DNA of 63,926 bases, the filler included, from Patellaria atrata CBS 101060 (taxonomy: Eukaryota), in NCBI GenBank assembly GCA_010093705.1. It is 13 parts of 12 records of this genome, joined end to end, with 100 filler letters (N's around TTAATTAATTAA, not from the genome) between each part and the next. Parts side by side here need not be neighbours in the genome. Positions count along the whole stretch, not along the records: positions 54,897 to 59,370 come from MU006153.1; positions 59,471 to 63,926 come from MU006154.1; 11 more parts are not named here. One strand, given 5' to 3'. Shown here piece by piece: positions 54,897-63,926 of the stretch. Made by a program: the position numbers and the translations under genes. The notes below the pieces were generated by a model. It did no database searches. It worked only from the letters and a program-made list of their open reading frames with translations, and was not told where the DNA came from. Position 1 is the stretch's first letter; each line of letters starts with the position of its first letter.

Positions 54897-55475
54897 CATA
54901 AGGAAAAGGAATATACCAATCAGCGGGATAATGCGGTTTCTTGAGCGGATTGCACACGCACGCGTGACTCGCCGCGAATACTCTGTCCCCCCTCCCCTCC
55001 ATCTCCGGCGGGTCGAGCTCGAGCTCCATCAGCTCGTCCATGTTTTTCAGCACCACCATGTCCGAGTCCAGCTGCACGACGCGCTCGTACTCGGTCAGGG
55101 AGAAGGGCGTCAGTTTGCTCCAGCAGTCGTAGAAGCGCGGGTCGTTGCTGAAGTCTTTGGGCGTCGAGGGTAGGAGGTATTCTACGTGTTGCTTTGGGAT
55201 CCCCCGCAGGTCGAGCGCGGCGTGTCCCGCGGCCGGGAAGGTGTCGGTGTAGAGGGCTATGAGGGGGTAGGCGGATTTGACCTTTTTGAGGGAGTAGTCG
55301 AGGCAGAGGAGGCCGGAGAGGTAGGCGGTGTTGGTTATGAGGGTCGTCCATACTGTGGGATTGTTAGCTGGCCGGCTGTAGTTGAGATGGGAAGGGAGGA
55401 TGAGGGGGAGGAACCTTTCCTGGACTCTACTACGCGGGGTGGAGCGGAGGTTTGCTCCTTGGTGGTGGATGTCAT
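54897..55475 (-). CDS. Glycosyltransferase family 8 protein (3'-partial)
   Basis: ATG 55475, intron 55414-55353. VWTTLITNTAYLSGLL…CWSKLTPFSLTEYERVVQLDSDM (DxD motif)…HACVCNP. Confidence 0.92.
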
Positions 55476-55863
55476 GGCTGGAGAGCTTTGATCCGGTTCC
55501 TATGAGGATGACGGTCGGAGATGACGCTTCGGCTTGACGGCTGACCCGTCGATGTGCTTTACGGACTACATTTCGATGGAGGGGAGATTGTTGGCGGGGG
55601 TTGTCATACAAATTGCCCTTTCCAGCCATCCGACGTCTCCATCGGATGGGAAGCTCAGTTGGGGCCGACTGCGGAGCTATCCCTGTTCTCCGGATGTCTC
55701 ACTAATCCTCAGATTCAATCGCATCTCCTCCCGTCCTAGGTATAGTCCTGACTCTCAGATATATCTTATTGAGGTGCCGACTCGACTCTCTTTCTATCAT
55801 TCTCGTCTTAACTGAAGATCGGGATGAGGTCGTCGTTTGACAAATTCCGGAAAGAGCTAGGGA

Positions 55864-56940
55864 ATGTCAACCTCGGCGGCACGGAACATCACGAAAGATG
55901 GCCCTGAGATGGCGGAGGACAAGAAGAAAAGTGTGAGCAACTATAAAGGGTTCGTTGCGGGCGTATTCTCCGGGATTGCAAAATTGAGTGGTAAGTGAGG
56001 AAGAAGTATTGAGAGGAGATGGTAATGCTAACATTTATATAGTTGGACATCCGTACGACTGACCATTACTGTTTTCGAATATACCCACTGACCTGAATCC
56101 AGGTTCGACACTGTCAAAGTTCGTCTCCAGACGTCCCAGGAATCACATTTTAAAGGACCACTCGATTGTGTGCTCCAGACTGTCCGCAATGAAGGCGTCA
56201 GAGGGCTCTATAAAGGGGCAACTCCTCCATTGGTTGGATGGATGTTCATGGACTCACTCATGCTTGGCTCGTTGACCGTGTATCGTCGCCTTGTCCGAGA
56301 GAATTTCTACCCCAGAGAACAGAAGCTTCCGTCTTTTGGTCACGGTATAGCTGGGATAATGGCAGGATGGACTGTAAGCTTCATTGCTGCACCCGTTGAG
56401 CATGTCAAAGCAAGATTACAGGTTCAGTATGCAGCAGATAAATCAAAGAGACTATACACGGGGCCAATCGACTGCTCTAAGAAGATTGTACGTCTTTCAA
56501 CTCTTAATTCATAGAGCAGTACTAACACATCACAGCTCCATGGTCATGGCATCCGCGGCCTCTACCACGGTCTTACCGCAACCCTTCTTCTCCGAACCTT
56601 CTTCTTCTTCTGGTGGGGCTCCTACGACATCTTCTCACGGCTCCTTGCTACAAACACCTCTCTTTCAACTCCTGCCATCAATTTCTGGGCCGGTGGCATC
56701 TCCGCTCAGGTCTTTTGGATCACAAGCTATCCTTCGGATGTTGTGAAGCAACGGATCATGACTGATCCACTCGGACCAGAGCGGAAATTTCCCAGATGGA
56801 GACATGCCGCAAGGGCAATTTGGAGGGAGAATGGCTGGAGGGGTTACTGGAGAGGATTTTTGCCTTGCTTCTTGAGAGCATTCCCGGCGAATGCGATGGC
56901 TTTGGTAGCATTTGAGGGGGTTATGAGGGCGTTACCTTGA
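55864..56940 (+). CDS. Mitochondrial carrier family protein (carnitine/ornithine carrier-like)
   Basis: Three carrier signatures PFDTVKVRLQ, PVEHVKARLQ and PSDVVKQRIM; three introns; stop TGA at 56938-56940. Confidence 0.95.
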
Positions 56941-57749
56941 TAAGTAATGATTTGAAATCGAAAGGCTAGGTCATAAAATTATACTAATGATACCCCTACT
57001 CATTATTTGTCTTCCTCGAAATACTGAACCTTATGTCACCTTCTCGTTATGGGTGGCATCCCTCAGCATCGGCATTCCTATTGAAGAACTTCTAGAACTG
57101 TTGATGCCATAGTATCAACCGACTGCCATTTCTTGTACGGTTACGCTCTACGCCGGCTTTGGATCACATTTCTGGCTGCTCATTCAAGAGTCTGAGCCTG
57201 GCTTGCGAGCGAGCGTACACTAAGTTGGTACTTCGGTTAGGCCCTATATAGGCCAAGGGTCCTCTGTGCGCTTTTAGTCTTCCAGTACGGAACGGTTGAA
57301 GAGCAGTATAAGAGTAGCCGTACAGTAGACGAGGGATGTGTCGAACGGAGAAGAGGTATAGTATGCCACCTGGTGCACAAGCCTATCCCAAGGTATGTAA
57401 ACTATTATCTATGTGTGAGCATCACGCCAAGGGAGTAAGTCATGTGGATGCTATTTTCTAATAGGTACGACGGGAGTTTATGTCTTCCTTCGGTAATAAG
57501 TCATTTATTACCATCTAACTAGAGATTTCAAAACTTGCAACTATTTCGAAGTTCTTCATCAAAATATCTCCACCTTTCCTATATCTTACTCTGCTCCACA
57601 TTCTAAACTACCCTCCCCCTGTACGCTCTACACAGCACTATCTCATGTTAGAGCGGAGATACATGCATCCATAAGATCGTCCAACACCTCAAATTCACGA
57701 TGAACCCCTCTGCGGTTTCGTTTGTACCGATTACGAGCTAATCTAGTTC

Positions 57750-59340
57750 AAGACTTCCACCCCGACGACCTGATTATCAACCGGTAATGCACGCTGAGGG
57801 AATAGAACTGCTCAATACGCATCAAATCAATGCGAACGCAATGTAAATCCCACGTCTAGATAATGACGATTCAGATGCAGCAAAGCTACAGTATCGCACC
57901 TTAGGAGAAAAGAATAAGATTAATGCCCATTTCCTACCAGTTGAAAAGGCATATGGTAGCGAAATGCAAAAGCTTGATATTAATGGCAGTGAAGATCCAG
58001 TTGAGGTTGAGGCTTGGGTCCTCCCAAAGCTTGAAATACATTTCCGGTAATCAAATTCTACGCAGAAGAAGGTTCCACGAACACCGAGAGATGGCTCCTA
58101 CGATTAAGTCGTGTAGCTTTCGTCGACCCCAAACTACTTCAACAGTTACACATTATACAGCTGAGGTTTTCGTGTCTTGTAGGGTCACCTGAGAACCTAG
58201 AGTCACCATTGGTAACCTTAGATATTTTCCCTTGAGATTTTCGGCAAACTCTTCATTAAGACTCTTGTACATGAGCTCAAGCTTACTGAGAAAAAGCCGA
58301 TTATCCACGATGAGGCCATCATCTGGGAGCGAGACCCAAGAGGATATGATCCAGCCATTGAAATATACTCGACAAGTGTTTTCCTAGCGGTAAGGACTAT
58401 GGTTGCATTTTGATCATACTTCCTTTCAAAGAAGATAAGCTCTATGGAACTGTCAAGAGATTTACGGACCTGAAGCGCGGTCTCCTCACTGTCTGTTTCC
58501 TTGCTGAAAATGTCTTAACTCACAAGTCCCAACATCTTTCCGGTTTAGCATTGAAATTCAACCTTAAGCTTGGAGGAATTAACTATACACTTCCAGCTGA
58601 GTTGTTCAACTCTCTGTACCTAGAGGACGGAAACCCTGATGCGTTAATCCTCGGAGCAGATGTATACCATCCACCTCCGGATGATCACAATCCTGGTCTC
58701 CCCTCAGCTGCAGCAGTTGTCGGGAGTTTTGATAATAAGTTCATGAATTACCTACCATCATTACGTCTTCAAGCCGGAAACCAGGAGATGAGTTCGATGA
58801 AATCTACGAGAGGCAGGTGCTAACTCGTTCTTAGATGATTGAAGATCTCAAAGAAATGGTTGTCGAACGCTTAAGGAAGTTTGGCATAGCTAATCCCACA
58901 AACCTATTACCCTTCAAGATCCTAATGTACCGGGACGGCGTCGGTGACAACCAATTTCAAACGCTCCGCGAAACAGAGATTCCCACTATATACAAAGCAT
59001 TCGAAACCGCGAAGAAGAATTGGATCACGCACAGGTCCGAGACACGCGGTACACTGGAGAACAAAGAACTGCAGTTATGTTTCATCGTCATGGTCAAGAG
59101 GCACCGTGCTTGATTCCACCACGCTTCCAAGAACAACTCCTTCAGCAACGGTAACGACAGAATCGCCAGAAACGTGACGCCAGGTACAGTAATCGACACC
59201 GCCCTCACCCACCCAGACCGCAACAGTTTCTACCTCCAAGCCCACGCCGCCAGCCAAGGAACAGTAAGATCCATATACTGCCACATAATCCACAACACCG
59301 CGTCCCTCACCCTCGTACGTCCCTCCAACCCCTAAAATCT
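57750..59340 (+). pseudogene. Argonaute (MID-PIWI) pseudogene
   Basis: LALKFNLKLGGINY, ILGADVYHP, PSAAAVVGS, MYRDGVGDNQF, VKRH, NVTPGTVID and FYLQAHAASQGTVR. Broken splice donor at 58788, TGA at 59111, fragmented N-terminal half. Confidence 0.88.
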
Positions 59341-59811
59341 CATCCCACACTAATCCAACCCCCCCTTCCCNNNNNNNNNNNNNNNNNNNNNNNNNNNNNN
59401 NNNNNNNNNNNNNNTTAATTAATTAANNNNNNNNNNNNNNNNNNNNNNNNNNNNNNNNNNNNNNNNNNNNAAAAAAACCCCCGGCTCCCCCCGTTACCCG
59501 CCCAATTCTCGACATCCCTGGGAGCGTCAAAGATACTTTCGCAAGCATCTAGGCCTCGAGGTCTGGGTTGAGGTCTGGAGTGAGGGCAAGGTTCGGGGTC
59601 TGTAGGCTCCGCGGGCGAGTGTCATCTCTCGTGGACTTGCTCATTTCCTTAAGGTAGAGGGTGTTTCGTGATATTAGCCGCCGTTGAATTGCCAGCTTAG
59701 GGCGCTCTAGGGCTATAGGGTCTGTTTTTATCCTTATGTTGAGGAATTCCATCGTGAGATGCAGAGGTCCAGTTTGTGCACTACCTCTTGCTTGAGCTTT
59801 GCGTTCACTTT

Positions 59812-59905
59812 GGATTCCTGCTTGACTTCTGGCTTTCGACTCTTCAGCTTGATTCTCCTGCTTGATTCCTCAACTTGACTCTTCAGCTTGACTCTCCAGC
59901 TTGAA
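59812..59905. repeat. Imperfect ~13-bp tandem repeat (CTTGACTCTTCAG-like)
   Basis: About 7 degenerate units read directly. Confidence 0.55.
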
Positions 59906-61297
59906 CTTCATCCCACAACCTGGCCTCCATCTCGCAGCTTGACCTCAACCTCCACCTCCACCACATCTCCTCAAACCCACCCACCGGTCCCCCAAACCCC
60001 AGCACCCCAAGCCCACCATCTCACAGTCCCATGAGCCCAAGTCTCCGCCTCAAAGACCAAAAAAGGGTATCTGCGACGATGGGAAGACACAAACATTTGA
60101 CAATTCAGATAAACCTGTTAGCGAGCCAGCAAAGAGCTCGTTTATACACTAGATCCGGTAGATCATGAGTCTGCTCCCCGGCGTACATAACCTGGAGGAC
60201 ATCAAGCTTTGGGAAGATGTAGGTAGTTCAAGGAAACGGGACAAGGGGCAAGGCCGCATATAACTCCTGAGCGAGAAAGTAGAGTAGAGAGGTGCCTTAG
60301 CAGTAGTAAAGACGAATGAGCTCAGATGAAGATAGGAGGGTATGGTACTGTACATAGGGACGGGTAGAGATGTATAGGTGCGGTATGATAGGATACCTTA
60401 CATTTATTGTGAGCTTCTACTATGAAGTTACTTCGTGATACGGAAATGTATGAGGTTGGAGCGGTATGGTCTACTTAGAGACACAAAACACAGAGGGACA
60501 AGATGGAATGAATGCAACGCCTATGGTAAGGTTTGTCCGACAACATTAGGCTTGCTTTGAAAGGAGAAAGAAGCAACGGAGATAGACGAGACACCCACCT
60601 CGTTGAAAAGGCAGGAACAGAAGCGAGATGGAAGAAGACGACGGGAGATTCCACACTTCAAGATCCCATCGTAAGGTAGTTTAACATAACATTTATTATC
60701 ATTGATCTTAGAGCTAGCAACCCAGCGCCAAGTGACAGCAGTAACTGTGCCTGGACGCAACATGAAGTCAACAACAGGAACACTATACCTTAGCAACTCG
60801 TCCACTTTCCTTGCAAGATCTGTCATCTCCGTGACTTAGCCGACATGGTTGAGTAAAGAGATAGGGAAAAGATACGCCGCACTTTGAACACCTCGCGACC
60901 GGATGATTGAAATGCGTGAACGAAAACAACGGACAGGGTGATTACCAACCACACTCCGCGGTTCCATCCTGCTCTCCCAATTGAGCTACTTCATCGTTAC
61001 ACTTCAACCATACCAACGATATTTTCCGTTATTTTTGACTTTTTGGGGTTGATACTGCAATACTCTCTCACACCGATTACACTAAGAAAGTATATGTCAG
61101 CCGTAGGGTATGCTTGGATGCGAGATTGATCGCACAAATGAGTCGAGAGGTACCTATATTAGGAACTTGATTAGTAGCACCCGGAATGACACGAATTCCA
61201 CTTCAATGGAATAGCAGACACGATAATATGATAGACGGGTAGCGATGCAAGGCACATGTACAGCAAAGAAATCACGAGAGCAAGCTCATGCCTCGAG

Positions 61298-62368
61298 CTA
61301 ATAAGCACCCTGCGGCATCTGGTAACGTCCCATCTGCTGCTGGCTATGTTGCGGTACCTGCTGCTGGGGCACCGGTGGTTGCTGCTTGTCCTGTCGGAGC
61401 CAAGCTGGGATATCGTTGAACCAGGGGTGTTTGAGAGCGTCAGCAGCCGAAACGCGCATCTCGGGTCTGAGTTGGAGCATCGAGCTGAGCAAATTCAGAC
61501 CGAGGGAATCAATTTGCGGCAAGATAATTCGTAGGTCCTGCGTCGCATATACTGGAAAGTTAGGTTTATACTCTGGGAATTGAGAAATGTTGGGCCAGGT
61601 ACGCTCGGAGGGCGTGCCCATGAGGCGGAAAATTTTCTGCAGTTGGTCTTCGTTGGTGGTCCCGGGGAAGAGCGGACGACCGGAGTACATCTCTGCCATG
61701 ATGCAGCCAGCGGACCAGATATCGATGCTCGTGTTGTAGGTGCGGCTGCCAAGTAGGACGTCCGGAGCACGGTACCAGAGCGTGACAACTTCGTTGGAAA
61801 ATGTGTTGACAGGGATACCAAAGGCACGGGCGAGGCCAAAGTCACCAAGCTTAAGCTCCCCTTTGTTGTTGATAAGGAGGTTCTGTGGTTTCAGGTCGCG
61901 GTGAAGAACGCGTTTGTTGTGGCAATGGGCGATACCTTTAAGCAACTGGTAGACGAAGGATTTAATGGTGACTGGATCCAGTTGCCCACGGTCACCGCGC
62001 GAGTCCATGTACTTTTTCAGGTCCTTGTCCATGTATTCGAAGACGATAAGCAACTTATTGTGTTCATGGATGACGTCGTACAGCTTGACGATATTATCAT
62101 GCTCCAACTCTTTCATAAGGGAAATTTCACGAATGGCGGTGGATGGGGTACCTTCCTCTGAATCGAGGTGGATTTCTTTCAACGCAACAATCACGCCGTC
62201 TTTGCGGCGGCCCTTGAAAACCTGAGTAATAATATTAGGTCTGCAGCCCGAAAAATGAAATCCTCAGTACAAGCATTCTTAAGTACTCACTGTAGCATAC
62301 GTGCCCTCACCCAGCTTCTCCAATTGCTCAAAACGTTTCTCTTCAGGATTGATTGCTTTTGAAGCCAT
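61298..62368 (-). CDS. PHO85: PHO85/PhoA-like cyclin-dependent kinase
   Basis: ATG 62368, intron 62290-62222. [15 protein letters not shown]…[24 protein letters not shown]…HRDLKPQN…[25 protein letters not shown]. Confidence 0.95.
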
Positions 62369-63372
62369 GGCTGGTACTGACTGGCCACCACCTAAATTCC
62401 TCACGCTGATTGACGAATCTGTCCGGTTCTCGACGGAGATGGTGGCGAAATGCGTAGGTTTGAGGGTGGTAGGAGGTGGCCGGTTCGTATACTTAGGATC
62501 AAAAAGGATGGCACCGGCGGTCGTGAGTTTGTTCGCAATGGCCAAGGGTGAAGGGGGAGAGGTGATGTAAGTCGAATTGGAAGTAGGTTTTGGCGTCGTT
62601 GCGTCGGCCGTCTTGAGGTCTACTGGAACGTAAAGCGGACGTGAATCCGGAGCGGCGATAGACGTGAAGTTAAGATCGCGAGAGGCAATATTTTCCTTTC
62701 GAAGAGAACGTCGGGTGAGTCACAGTAGCAGTTAATACTTAAGAGGTCGAAGGGACAACCGATCTAGAGCAAGCGAGGGGCAGTGTATGGAGTGGCCCTG
62801 TGGACGGTGGAGGGGGCGGCCGCCAGTTTTCGTGGGCGGTCCGAGAAACATCGCGTAAAACCGCAGTTGCCAAAAATATTGCGGAAGCGTCAAAACCACT
62901 CAGCGAATACATTACGAATCGATACGCCAACCTGGAATTGGAATCTTCGTGTATACCTTACGCTCGTCAGCATACGCATGAGATGACTCTTTTATCGACA
63001 GATGCGCCTAAAACTCAGTTCTTGCATACCTGAGTTCGATTTGAGGTCGAACTCCGCCTCGATATAGTAGAAGAGATGGTTGTTATACGACCGTGGATAT
63101 GTTACATAAGTCTAAGCCATAGCGAGAAAGAGGGGTATTTTGAACTATGATAATATAGTATTTAAAAATAAGCTATAGTACTATGGTAAATAAGAAAGTA
63201 TATATATATAAGAATTAATATTTATAAAAAATTTATATTAAACTTTATTAATATATAATTTTATATTTAATAATTTAAGTTAAGAAATTTATTAATAAAA
63301 ATATTATATTAATTTTAATACTAAAATCTTTAAATACTTAATATTTAATTTAATATATTTAATTTAATAAAT

Positions 63373-63926
63373 TATTATAATAGGAGTCTATATATTACAA
63401 CTATAGGATAGTGGGGGTTGTATCACTGGTGGAGATAGCATTAAGTAACGGAACGGAAATAGGGTCACGTGACATGGCCAGTGGCCAGAGGTGGCCAGAG
63501 GTGGCCAGAGGTGGACAGAGGTGTTGACCACTGACCACCATTGGCCATGGAGAAATAAGGACTATGAGGAAGGAATACTTAAGGACGCTCCTTTACGCAT
63601 GTATTTAGATCCCTCGTAGTTATTCTTACCACTGAATCTTACCCATAGATTTGGATGTTACGGTTTTGAACTTGACTTCACTCGTTACGCTGTTTCCATA
63701 CAGTTCGTCTTGTCTCATTGTGAGCATTACCCAGAAGTTAAGGAGTTAGCAGGTCGTGTCGACAACTTGAAGTGCCAACGTTATACGATTTCTATCACTT
63801 GCCAAACCTACCATAGAGGTTGATGTTACAACGGGAGTCTATACTTATCAAGACAGAACAGGATAAGTCTAGAAACGCGCTTGGCTTCTCACTTAACGTG
63901 GTCAACCACTGGGGTAGGTTTGGCAA
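63373..63926. mobile_element. Three nested L2-family LTRs
   Basis: RIP stub 63373-63392 (minus), LTR 63393-63823 (plus), LTR 63824 to end (minus). Confidence 0.8.

Noticed and set aside
59325..59370. CCCTAA-like sequence as a telomere
   Set aside because: It is an isolated match in a C-rich, probably intronic stretch; there is no tandem array.
6961..59470. Recurrent TTAATTAATTAA palindrome, and gene or TE adjacency across it
   Set aside because: It is always centred in identical N spacers, so it is an artificial linker. No synteny can be inferred across contigs.
63470..63530. Short direct repeats as a CRISPR-like array
   Set aside because: There are no unique spacers; these are tandem LTR U3 repeats in a eukaryote.

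Overview
This is not one contiguous locus. It is 13 short contigs of a filamentous ascomycete genome joined by artificial 100-bp N-TTAATTAATTAA-N linkers. Bases ~1-50,150 are a nest of transposons at every stage of RIP-type (C->T/G->A) decay: Ty1/copia and Ty3/gypsy (chromovirus) elements, many solo LTRs with intact target-site duplications (TSDs), both ends of a hAT element, and an RTA1-like gene cut by an insertion. Bases ~50,250-63,150 hold intron-containing host genes: a Zn2Cys6 transcription factor, a GT8 glycosyltransferase, a mitochondrial carrier, a PHO85-like CDK and an Argonaute pseudogene. The most notable signal is a repeated element seen as 9 left-end segments in 3 subfamilies. 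It starts sharply at CCT^AACT(A/G)CAAT and carries four subterminal inverted-repeat sites with the same layout but a different motif in each subfamily. It encodes a DUF3505/OrsD-like zinc-binding protein resembling the N-terminus of fungal telomere-linked RecQ helicase proteins. It interrupts other elements and a host gene, so it behaves as a mobile DNA element that fits no standard superfamily I can identify. Its right end and catalytic region are not visible here. All family assignments come from manual translation and recall, not database searches.
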